Shown here piece after piece: positions 40,863 through 50,597 of a DNA stretch of 64,000 nucleotides. Position 1 is the first letter of the stretch. Each line of letters starts with the position of its first letter. The DNA is from Apostichopus japonicus (Eukaryota). A model generated the notes under the pieces. It was not told the DNA's origin, ran no database searches, and saw only the letters and a list, made by a program, of their open reading frames with translations. The position numbers were made by a program, and so were the translations under genes. The stretch is taken from positions 8,141,331 to 8,205,330 of the forward strand of contig NC_092575.1 of assembly GCF_037975245.1 (NCBI RefSeq), written 5' to 3'.

Positions 40863-42789
40863 GCATGTTCATTGAGAAGTATGATTAATAAATCAACAAA
40901 ATGCGATGAAACATTAATATGGTTCCCTTCATAGTTTCAAGTGACAGCCATAATGATTTTAACACTAAAGTTCTCTTAAAGCTTAAACTACAAACATCAT
41001 GCCCTGTGAATTTAAATATTATAACTATGCATCTGATCATTAGAAGAAGGTTAAGCACTGCTTTACATTAATAGGTTTGGCTTCAAAAACACTCAATTCC
41101 TGGAAAATTATCCTGAGTTTTTGAACTACATCTCTGTTCCAAACATGACAAGCCATCAGACACTAAAACTCAAATAAAGGATTAATAGCAAATTATTTTT
41201 GAATTTCTTTGCTAATAAAGGCATTATTGTTCACCAGTTTTAGTACACAGTACTGTACATGAAATTTACAAAAAAAGTAAAACAGTAAGCTTACAGAGGA
41301 CTTTTATTATTCATCAAGAATGAACAGAACAGTTTGGAAGAAATAAACGAATACCATGTAATGTAATGTAAATAAAATCTTGTATAACGCACTATGCGCG
41401 ATGCATCTGTGCGCTTTACAAACAATCTAGAAAATACTATGACATAAAACATTAAATAGAAAAAACAGCAAATACATATACCATCTACAGATATATACAG
41501 GAATATGAGATCAATAAACTATTAAAAGCACTAGTGAAGTGTAAAGCGATAAAACAGATTGACTACAAAATCTACAATTTGAATGCTAAAAAGTGAAAAT
41601 TCCAATTGAAGTTAGAACCTAAAAACCAACACGACAGAACAACATAAAATCTAAAAAATCCTAGAAACCATCCATGGACCAATTACTATGTGATTAAAGT
41701 AAGATACTTACCGGTAGGGGTATCCTGCTGGCTATTGATCTTGCTTGTAAAATGACAAAACTCCTCATCACAAGCATGACAACTGTTGTTGGGGACAGTA
41801 AGGACCACATGAACAGCAGGGAACTACTGATGCTTGCTGGAAAAAAAATCAGTGTGCTATGTTAAACATACCAGCAATAACATATTAAATATAGCTGCAA
41901 TCCCCACACTTCCCCCTCCCCCTCCCTTCAATAATAGCCTCCCTTAGTCCAGCTTAGAGACAGTCCTATTTTCTGATTAAAAAATAAAGACTAAGAACTT
42001 GAATGAGGTTTGTATTAACTTTCACTTTCCCTGTAATGTTTGTAAGCAGAAATAGGGTCTCAAGTTTTAAATCACTAACATTAGCACTAACATGGAACTA
42101 TCGTGAAGAGATAAATGCATTGCAATCATCTGTGTTGATTCACTCTAAGCTTGTCCTAAACAGCCTGTTACCATGCCATTGATGAGATGTCATGGGTGAT
42201 TCCTTCACATTTCTCAATTGATGGTGCCATTTATTAGGGCCCCACTTCTCACCATGCCCCTTCCCAAATGTGTCTCAACAACAACCTTCACCATCCCCCC
42301 CCCACCCCTCCTCCCTTGTTAATAGCAAAAATTGCTAGCAAAGTTGGGACTCCATTTTATTGGCGTTGGATAAGTATGAAAGCACTTGCCTCACTAGTCC
42401 CTGAGCAACTATCATATGTAAAAGGTTCACAGAGCAGACATGAGCAGGAGTGACATTAGCTTTAATCTACATAAAATTGCAAATGAAGGTGCAAACAAAA
42501 CTTCATACCCTTTGCAATGATAGGGGGGAATCTTCTACATTTACTTTGCCCTGTGAGTTTTGGGCATAATCATACAAGTATAGTAGAGTACCAAGACCTA
42601 CACCTTCTAATGGTGTATTTTAACTCCAATTTGTCCCTTACCTAATTTAAGGTGAAGAAAGCCATAAAGGATTTGTGCCACAGATGAGTGGAGGGACTTG
42701 CTCCTGTGATCCAGAAAAGAACATGGACAAATGGATATGCAAAAATTAATTTTTCTCATTATAGGGAAGCCACATGCAAAGTATGAGAG

Positions 42790-42935
42790 CCAAAATACAG
42801 TTCCTCACTGGAGATATCATGTTTACAAGCTAGGGCATCACATACACTTAAACACACACACACGCAAAAGACACGCACCAACTTGACTGCATAGGTTACT
42901 TGCCTGCCTACAGCAAGTAACCAAAAGCTACTTTA
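42790..42935 (+). mobile_element. Second copy of the interspersed SINE/MITE-like repeat seen at 4270-4410
   Basis: The blocks ggagatatcatgtttacaagctagggcatcacatacac...acacgcaaaagacacgcaccaacttgactgcataggt occur in the same order as at 4290-4360. Confidence 0.5.
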
Positions 42936-43729
42936 AGAGAAGGATGGTGACAGTAAAAGTGTTCACTCTAAAACAAATACTTGCATTTTCTTGCCAAACA
43001 CTGATTTTACTTTGAGATACTGTGCCACTGCCAAACTGAAAATCATGTCTGTAAATCTGGGATTTCTTCCTCCTTAAAAGGATAATCCAGAGAAAACTTT
43101 ATTTTTGACTTAAATGGAAAAGAGTATATGAACTAAAATCCTGGTGAAATTTGCAGGCAATTCATATTTTAAATATTGATAATTGAAATTTTCAGTCTGT
43201 ACCATAAGTGAACTAGCAGATTTCATAGTTTGCACTGATAGCAAAATATTTGTTCCCCTTTATTTTCACTTTGTTGTGCTTGACCTTGGATTGGATAGGG
43301 TTTCAACTCTGCTTTACAGGATATGAAGTTATCAACACCCCCAAGTGAGTGTACATTAAAAAAAATAATAATATATATAACACATTTATCAGAGAGCATC
43401 TATGACATTAAAACCTGTTCCAAAAAATATCAACTTGAACTTTGGTGCTAAAACAAACAGTTTCAAAACCATTGCTAAATAACTGGCTTGAATAAGCTTT
43501 CATAAGCACACCAATATTGCAACAACATTAGTTACAGAGTGAAAGGAAATTACTGGTGAGGGAGCTGTTCTGAAAAATTATCAGCATCTTGCTGGTATAT
43601 AATTACAGAGGGTACAACTAAAACGATGCGTACAAACAGACAAGCTCTGCCAATTAGCTTGAACATACAACTTCTATTCTGGTATATACAGAAACAAACA
43701 ACACATACAACCAGACAGGTCCCTCTCAC

Positions 43730-43844
43730 CTCTCCCAAGTAGCTGGAGGTTTCAAAGGATGAGAAGACAGACTGTTCTCTTGTTGCATTACCCACAAACA
43801 CCAGGTTAGGTAGAATGACATCAATGCACAGTCTGAGATGATGC
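43730..43844 (-). CDS. Candidate internal exon of a host gene, 115 nt. Encodes HHLRLCIDVILPNLVFVGNATREQSVFSSFETSSYLGE in one open frame, with a second frame also open.
   Basis: On the minus strand the acceptor tctttctttccatag|GCATC and the donor GGGAGAG|gtgagag both match consensus, and the reading frame between them is open. Confidence 0.35.
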
Positions 43845-44701
43845 CTATGGAAAGAAAGATGAATAACATTAACTTTCACCAAAGTTCTCACCAAAGCATT
43901 TCAAAAGTTTTATTTGATTCTATAGATCATCAAACAGGCACCATGGAAGGAAAACAGCTACATCTGATGTTAGAGCAGAATAGAGTATCACAGTAAGCAA
44001 GTAAAAATCTGTCCAATTCATCTTTTGGATAGAAAAAACAGGTTTTACTGACAAGATGTAGTAAACTTGTCAAGAACTCCCGCATGCTATAAGCTATAGG
44101 AATAACTTGACTTGATTTGAGAGCTATCTTGTCTTAAGTGTTCTTTGTGTATGCTCGGCTGAAGATTTGAGCAAGCCTAAGAATGACATTAAAGAAACCA
44201 CTTGTGTTGGACTGGGCTTCATTCTGTTCTACTTTCATGTCTCTATTCATACATTTTTCTTAACTAGGGAAGGCATTTGCAAACCTCACATTACCTAGTA
44301 CTGGCATTAATGCAGTATCAAGATTGTCTCTTTAAAACATGAAAGTATGAAAAGAAATACCAAGGAAGGAAAGAGGTTCTACATCCTGTTGACACTAGGA
44401 CAACACACACTGACAAAATGGTAGCCCACTGACAAGACTACACCATACCTTCCAATAGAGCAAGATTTTCCTTAGTTAATATTAGCTGTTTGAGCAAGTA
44501 TTTTGTAACAACTATCCCTATCATACATAACGATGATTTCTAGGTTGATTTTCCCTTCATTGTCTAATATTTGCAAAGATGCACACCTACCATTTAGACA
44601 AACAAGAAAATATTCTATCAAAGAATCAACATTTTTAGGACAAATTTTAATGCATCAATAAAAGGAGTCACTACCCATGCAGGGGGTAAATGCTTACAAA
44701 C

Positions 44702-44766
44702 CTTCATCTTTGACAAGTGTGACGATAAGCAAGACCAATGACATGACTGCTATGGATGCCAAAATC
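44702..44766 (-). CDS. Candidate small internal exon, 65 nt, encoding a transmembrane-like segment (ILASIAVMSLVLLIVTLVKDE)
   Basis: On the minus strand the acceptor cattttctttctgttgtcag|GATTTT and the donor GATGAAG|gtttgtaagc are present. Only one frame is open, and it is hydrophobic. Confidence 0.35.
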
Positions 44767-44920
44767 CTGACAACAGAAAGAAAATGCAGGCTTGAATATT
44801 GCATAAAGAAGACAAAAACATGACAAAGTTATGCTGAGCTGAAGTTGTAGAAGTGATGAGGTAACCTCATTATCTGTACTGTACCCATCTCCAAGCCAAA
44901 GTACCAACTGAAGCAGCAGT

Positions 44921-44924
44921 GTAT
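44921..44924 (+). other. Target-site duplication GTAT, 5' copy
   Basis: GTAT directly abuts the TG start of the 5' LTR. The identical GTAT directly follows the CA end of the 3' LTR at 54230-54233. Confidence 0.85.
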
Positions 44925-45683
44925 TGTTATGAAATAGTGATACCATCTCTTTGATGTTACTGAAACGCTCCATCGAGACACCTTACAGGCCTCTTATGTA
45001 TTTATCTAGGTCATGGATTCAGTTTTCCCACGAGAAGTTTTTAACTATCTTATTGAATCTTGGTACAGGGCCTTTTCCCAAAATAGATTCCATTATGTCT
45101 GTGGAACATTCGAGAAGGTTCTCTCACGTGGTATGGAAGTTTCCATAGAAAGGGGATGGACTTCCAAACTCCCAACCAATCAGGGCAGATCAGTGCCAGT
45201 GCACATATTTTTATATTATTAAGTTAATACAGGATGGTCAGGTTATTGGCTGCCTACTGATTGTGCGCAGAGGATTTTTATGGAAGTAAGGTATAAAAGA
45301 AAAAGGAGGTCAGAAATTTATCACTCCGTGATCAATTTATCACTTGATCAGCAAATTTATCACTCCGTCAGCGCTCCGTGATCAGTTCGTTGCTTCGTCA
45401 CCATTTCATCACTCCTAATTGTTTAATTGACGGAGTCAAGTCAAGTCAAATCATTGTAATTTAGTTTTATTTGTAAAGAGAATCGACAGAGAAGAAATTA
45501 TACCGAATCATTAATCAAATCCTATCTCGTCAAATTGTTTTTTGTGTGAAGTCATTGTTTTCTTCCGTTCGAGACATCTCCTGAAGAAGCGTAAATACGG
45601 CTTCAAGATATCCCAGTACCTTTCTATCGCGAGTCCCGATATAGTTTTACTATCGGAGGAAGCGGGCTCGTCACAATATTACA
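44925..45683 (+). repeat. 5' LTR, 759 bp, starts TGTTATG and ends ATATTACA
   Basis: Matches 53471-54229. Contains a CCAAT box at 45176-45180 and a TATA-like element tataaaag at 45292-45299. Confidence 0.95.
45292..45299 (+). promoter_or_regulatory. TATA-like element in the LTR U3 region, with CCAAT about 115 nt upstream
   Basis: The sequence ggtataaaagaaaaagg is read directly. The same element is present in the 3' LTR at 53838-53845. Confidence 0.5.
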
Positions 45684-45701
45684 TGGTGGAGGAGCGGTTG
45701 C
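45684..45701 (+). other. Primer-binding-site-like sequence TGGTGGAGGAGCGGTTGC immediately 3' of the 5' LTR
   Basis: It begins with TGG directly after the LTR terminal CA. Its reverse complement ends in CCA, as a tRNA 3' end would. I did not identify the tRNA. Confidence 0.5.
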
Positions 45702-46359
45702 TTTCTTCAGGAACAAAAACGGAACTTTTCACAACTTTCGTTCGTTACGATCAATAACGAACAGAGATTTTTTTTGGCCCGAAGACCTAACGAGGAATGC
45801 AACGCATGTTCACGACCTAGCCTAACGGAAACACTCTACGAGGGAAGTCAGCCTATACTAGCCTAAGTCTGTACACCGGAACCACTGATCGTACACTAAC
45901 TTTAATCAACCCAGCATGCAGTTCGCGTTTGAACATTCGCGCAACTAGTACGTAGTTAGTCATACTACAGCTCAAAACATCAGAACTGAACATTTTCGCG
46001 ATCTAAGCCTAGGCTCGACCCGATGTTAACGGCGAACGAATCTGAAGTTCTTACGAGATGTAGGCCTACCTGCTACTACCTGCTACTACCCACCTGCTAC
46101 TGCTACTACCTGCCGCTACTACTACTGCTAGCCGAGGGACTTCATTCATCGTTTCCACTACCAGTTCTTAGTTAAACTTAAGGGTGAGTGAAATCATGCC
46201 AATTTGTATCCCAACCCCTATTTGAGATTAGAGTGTACCGATAAGTTATTTTAATCGTGTCCATGTATTGCATGTTATTTGTATTACGGTCGATAGTGTG
46301 TTCAATTAAGTATAGGCTCATGTTGTATACTCGTAACTAGCCTAATTGTATGCGGCATA

Positions 46360-47310
46360 ATGTCCGTCAGCGAACAGGAAACTTCGACCTCTGTTAATGT
46401 TATGCAGAAACATAGGCCCACTGATTTTTTGCCATCACGATTTCAGGGCGATGTAATTGATGCAGATTTAGCCGAAGCTCATTATTTGGGATTTGAAGAT
46501 TATTTAGAGGTGCATAAATTGCCGTCCCAAACCCCCCCTGTAGAGGAAGAATTGAATGAAATATGTCGCATATTTAAGCGAACACTTAAAGGCCAAGCCA
46601 GACTCTGGATTGAAAACAAAAGTTTTTCAACTATTGCTGATATGCGCAAGCAATTCCTTGCTCGTTTCAGTCCAGGCACTTCTTCCTACGCTAAATCACA
46701 GGCATTTCATGCATTAAGCTATACGCCAGGTGATACAGCTCAAGCTCATTTGGCCAAAATTTCCAAAGCTGCAGCACAATTAAGTTATGGCGAGGACCAA
46801 ATTAGAGATAAATTGATCTCGACCCTGCCTTTTCAATGCCGCTCAGCAGTGTTAATGTCTGCAACACCACAAGCAACAATTGCAGATTTGGTCATGAAAG
46901 TACAGTGCTTTTTTGACTTACAAATCCAAAGTCAACCCCCAGCATCTTCCGAACCATTTATGGCAATGCACGACAAAGCGTCTTCTGTTCAGACTTCTAC
47001 TATTTCTGCATCTTCTGAGATACACGAGTTGTGTACCAAAATTCAGGAATTAGAAACCAAGTTTGATCAGTCACGTAGGTCAGAATCGCAAGACAATCCA
47101 AAAGATATGAGGCAAAGATATAGTTCTCGTGATTCTCGTGGTCCTAGGACAGGTCAGAATAATAACAGGAGAAGGTTACCATATTATAATCCTTCAATTA
47201 CATGCTATTACTGTCAAAATCGAGGTCATTTTGCACAATATTGCCAAATTCGCCTAAGCCATGAAATGGAGGCTAATGTAAAGAAAGTACCAACACAGAA
47301 TTTTCAGTAG
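46360..47310 (+). CDS. gag: gag-like capsid/nucleocapsid protein with one CCHC zinc knuckle (CYYCQNRGHFAQYC, nt 47203-47244)
   Basis: A 316-aa ORF begins at a real ATG. It carries the CX2CX4HX4C motif near its C-terminus, preceded by a basic Arg-rich stretch. It lies immediately upstream of pol. Confidence 0.85.
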   Translation: MSVSEQETSTSVNVMQKHRPTDFLPSRFQGDVIDADLAEAHYLGFEDYLEVHKLPSQTPPVEEELNEICRIFKRTLKGQARLWIENKSFSTIADMRKQFLARFSPGTSSYAKSQAFHALSYTPGDTAQAHLAKISKAAAQLSYGEDQIRDKLISTLPFQCRSAVLMSATPQATIADLVMKVQCFFDLQIQSQPPASSEPFMAMHDKASSVQTSTISASSEIHELCTKIQELETKFDQSRRSESQDNPKDMRQRYSSRDSRGPRTGQNNNRRRLPYYNPSITCYYCQNRGHFAQYCQIRLSHEMEANVKKVPTQNFQ

Positions 47311-49388
47311 GGAGCACTTATGATTGCACTCATCATACAGTGACTCCAGACAAAGTACCAAGTAAAGGAAGATCGAAACGTAAAGCAAATAATATTTGGA
47401 AGAATAGTAATATTCCTAGTTCTAGATATACAGGGAACGACCGTAATGTGGATATTCAACTGGACACACGTAATTTTGTAAGAGGTACTTTACATGATGG
47501 TAAAGGAATTTCATTGTTGTTTGATAGTGGAGCGACACGCTCTATCATTTCTTCTTCTACAGTGCAAAATTCAAAGTATTTATCCTCTATACAACCAGTC
47601 TCAGTTGATGTAGTAAACCTAAAGTTGGGTAATGGTCAGTTTATTCATGCGTATAGCACGATAACATTTCAGGTCAAAATTCAAGGTCATGAATTTCAGC
47701 TTTCTGCTTTAATTGCTGCAAACCTGACAGGTATTGACTTAATATTAGGTAGTCCAACTCTGAAGGAATTGAATGGATCTTTGGACTTTACCACAAACTG
47801 TTTTAGAATTAAACAAGCCAAAGTCTTCCTTAGGCCAGTGCAGAGATTTGTTATTTACCCAGGTCAGCAAAGATACATTACTGTACAGGGACGTCTTCCA
47901 CTATATGCACGAAATGCAGATGTAGTTATTAAACCGTTCCCTCTAATATCTCGTATGTGTCCTTCACGAATGTTAGTGAAAATGCATAAAGGTAGAACAA
48001 AGATTCTACTAAGGAACATGGGTAACCAGAAATTTTGTCTGCATCCTTCTCGCACAGTGGCTCATTTAAATTTAGCAGATATCATTACGGTCACAGAAGA
48101 CATACCTATTGAATCTCTAGATTTTCTCAATGTCATGAGAGACATCGAGAAACCGTCTCTTTTTCGAACGAATTCTAACTCTAAAGAGAATCGTGATGAA
48201 ATTACACGATATAATTTACATCGATATCCACATTTGACAGTCGATGATCCCCTGGTTTCCAAATCTGAACAGGAAATCATGAGAGACAACATTAATTTGG
48301 AACAAAGTATTCTGAATGTTTCAGAAACAGAGAGCATATATGAATTTCTAGACTCACATAGAGATGCATTTTCTCTTTATGGTGAATTATCTCACTGTCC
48401 AAATTATGAGGCTGATATTACGCTTACTAATGATGAGCCATTTTACATACGTCCCTATAGACTTTCAGATGAGGACAAAGTCATTGTCGCCAGTGAGCTT
48501 GACAAATTAGTGCGATTAGGAATCTTAGCGGTAGGACATCAGTCTTATACCTCACCGGTTTTCCTAATTCCAAAGAAGGGAACAAAAGACAAACGGGTTG
48601 TCACAGATTTTCGCTACTTGAACAGTAGAATAAAACGTCTCAATCACCCTTTTCCTTTACTGAATGAGACTATCCGTACCATAGGGTACTCTGGAGCCAA
48701 AATTTTGGGTGTTCTTGATTTAAAGTCTGCTTTCTTCTGTCTGCCACTTAGTGTTCATGCACAACAGTATACGGGTATTGCTTCATTTCATGGAGGAAAG
48801 CATTATTATTATAAACGCTTACCACAGGGATTGAATTTATCTCCAGCGATCTTTCAGTCGCAAATTAATGATATTTTGGCAACGATCCCAAATTCAAATA
48901 AGTTCTGTATTGCTCATCATGACGATATTATTGTGTACAGTGCAGACAAACAATCGCACAAACAACACCTAAAGGCAATTTTTAAGGTTTTAATGGACAA
49001 CGGATTGAAAATCTCTCCGAAAAAGTGTAGCATTTTTCAAAATTCAGTCCGATATATGGGACATTTGCTCTCAATAACCCCAGAAGGTGAGGCTTGTATC
49101 CAACCTTTACATGATAGATGTGCAGCAATCAGGAACACACCGAAACCACACAATGTTAAGTCAGTAAGACGATTTGTAGGTGCAGTTAATTATGTGGCTT
49201 CGTTTTTCCCAAATATTCAAGCACTATTGAGACCATTACATCATTTGAGTCGTAAGAGAAAGGTATTTAAATGGACAGAGGAACATCAGAGTGCATTTCA
49301 AAGTATTAAAGAGTTGTTGTGTAATCCACCTATATTGCATATGCCACAGAAATATGGTCGTTTTGTATTATATAGCGACACATCATGA
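47277..49388 (+). CDS. pol: pol segment 1, aspartic protease and reverse transcriptase. Ends at an in-frame TGA at 49386-49388.
   Basis: The protease motif LFDSGATRS has its D at nt 47523. RT blocks read LDLKSAFFCLPL, TGIASFHGGKHYYYKRLPQGLNLSPAIFQ and a YxDD-like box CIAHHDDIIVYS near 48910. The frame is open from 47277 and overlaps the gag end by about 33 nt in the -1 frame. Confidence 0.85.
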   Translation, partial: CKESTNTEFSVGSTYDCTHHTVTPDKVPSKGRSKRKANNIWKNSNIPSSRYTGNDRNVDIQLDTRNFVRGTLHDGKGISLLFDSGATRSIISSSTVQNSKYLSSIQPVSVDVVNLKLGNGQFIHAYSTITFQVKIQGHEFQLSALIAANLTGIDLILGSPTLKELNGSLDFTTNCFRIKQAKVFLRPVQRFVIYPGQQRYITVQGRLPLYARNADVVIKPFPLISRMCPSRMLVKMHKGRTKILLRNMGNQKFCLHPSRTVAHLNLADIITVTEDIPIESLDFLNVMRDIEKPSLFRTNSNSKENRDEITRYNLHRYPHLTVDDPLVSKSEQEIMRDNINLEQSILNVSETESIYEFLDSHRDAFSLYGELSHCPNYEADITLTNDEPFYIRPYRLSDEDKVIVASELDKLVRLGILAVGHQSYTSPVFLIPKKGTKDKRVVTDFRYLNSRIKRLNHPFPLLNETIRTIGYSGAKILGVLDLKSAFFCLPLSVHAQQYTGIASFHGGKHYYYKRLPQGLNLSPAIFQSQINDILATIPNSNKFCIAHHDDIIVYSADKQSHKQHLKAIFKVLMDNGLKISPKKCSIFQNSVRYMGHLLSITPEGEACIQPLHDRCAAIRNTPKPHNVKSVRRFVGAVNYVASFFPNIQALLRPLHHLSRKRKVFKWTEEHQSAFQSIKELLCNPPILHMPQKYGRFVLYSDTS

Positions 49389-50597
49389 GTAGCAACAGGA
49401 TCATACCTGACACAAAGAGTTAATGGTAAAGAGAATATTATTGCATATTACTCTAAGATATTACCACCAGCATGTCAGAGGTATAGTGTCACTGAATTAG
49501 AAATGATGGGTCTATTTATTAATGTGACAGCATTCAAACATTTATTGCAAAATGTAGAATTTGAGGCATATGTTGATCACTCTGCCATTGTTGAATTGTT
49601 TAAGTCAAAACAAGAACCAGCAACTTCACGCTTACGTAAGCTTCTGTTCAAATTGTCAGAGTTTACATTCAAGGTTGGTTATAAGAAAGGCTCAGAATTG
49701 GTTTTGGCAGATTATTTGTCTAGAGCACCACAGGAATTCCACTCCGAAATAGATCAGGTTGCTCAAGAGGTCGGTTCTTATGAGGATTTTTCAACTCCAC
49801 CTAAGGAGACATTTAATCCAATCATGACAAGGTCAATGGCAAGGTCAATGGGAGTCAAAGTTCCAGATTTATTTCCGAATAAAGTCACAAAGGAGTCTAA
49901 GCAGGATTCCCCAGCCAAAGAATCAACAAATAGAGTTGAAAGGACATTCAGTCCTAAGGCAACACATTCTAGTGATCATGTTACACAGAGACCACAATCT
50001 GAGTCACAAAAGACGACTACACCAGTTAGTTCTACTGATAAGAGAGAAACATATATTCAAAGGCCTATTATTACTATGCCTAGTGAAAATAGACATACAT
50101 ATAGTCCTGATGTATTGGTTGTGCCAAATTTTACAAGTGTTTCTCAACCTTCAGAGCCAAGGTTAGTGGATCAGAGTAGACATAGAGTGCCAGAGGTAGT
50201 CAGAGAACCACCACCAGAATTATTTGCTCAGCCAAAGCCAGTCATAACAAACATTGATCATTTGGTTACAGGGCACATTCCAAAACAAAAGGAATTGAAT
50301 AAAGTCATGAAGGCAATTCAAGGAAAGCTGATCAAAAACTATGATCTGCCATTTGATGTAAAAGAGTTGCAAGTTCAACAACAAACTTGTCCTTACTACA
50401 AACCAATTTATGATTTTCTTGCCCACGACATTATTCCAAGTAATGTTAAGCATGCTAGAACTGTTCGTTCTCAAGCAGAGGATTATTTGTTATGTAATAG
50501 TTTGTTATTCAGGATATTTTTGCATGAGACTAATGATGCTAAGATGACTCTTCAGTTAGTCGTACCTGAGACTATGGTAGAACAAATAATATCTTGA
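49389..50597 (+). CDS. pol: pol segment 2, RNase H and linker. Same frame as segment 1 and separated from it only by the TGA codon.
   Basis: The text after the stop reads VATGSYLTQ...NIIAYYSKILPPACQRYSVTELEMMGLFINVTAFKHLLQNVEFEAYVDHSAIV, which matches the RNase H pattern DAS..G.GAVL.Q...IAY.S..L...E.NY...EKE..A...A....L....F.V.TDH. Both ORFs are in frame 0, since 47340 and 49503 are both divisible by 3. The segment ends LQLVVPETMVEQIIS then TGA. Confidence 0.8.
   Translation, partial: VATGSYLTQRVNGKENIIAYYSKILPPACQRYSVTELEMMGLFINVTAFKHLLQNVEFEAYVDHSAIVELFKSKQEPATSRLRKLLFKLSEFTFKVGYKKGSELVLADYLSRAPQEFHSEIDQVAQEVGSYEDFSTPPKETFNPIMTRSMARSMGVKVPDLFPNKVTKESKQDSPAKESTNRVERTFSPKATHSSDHVTQRPQSESQKTTTPVSSTDKRETYIQRPIITMPSENRHTYSPDVLVVPNFTSVSQPSEPRLVDQSRHRVPEVVREPPPELFAQPKPVITNIDHLVTGHIPKQKELNKVMKAIQGKLIKNYDLPFDVKELQVQQQTCPYYKPIYDFLAHDIIPSNVKHARTVRSQAEDYLLCNSLLFRIFLHETNDAKMTLQLVVPETMVEQIIS

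Noticed and set aside
40491-40875. Overlapping ORFs on both strands encoding MYVC and YIHT repeats
   Set aside because: These are translations of the (ATAC)n microsatellite.
49386-49388. Whether the in-frame TGA in pol encodes selenocysteine
   Set aside because: I could recognise no SECIS-like element downstream. Retrotransposon Pol proteins are not known selenoproteins. A nonsense mutation or readthrough is far more likely.
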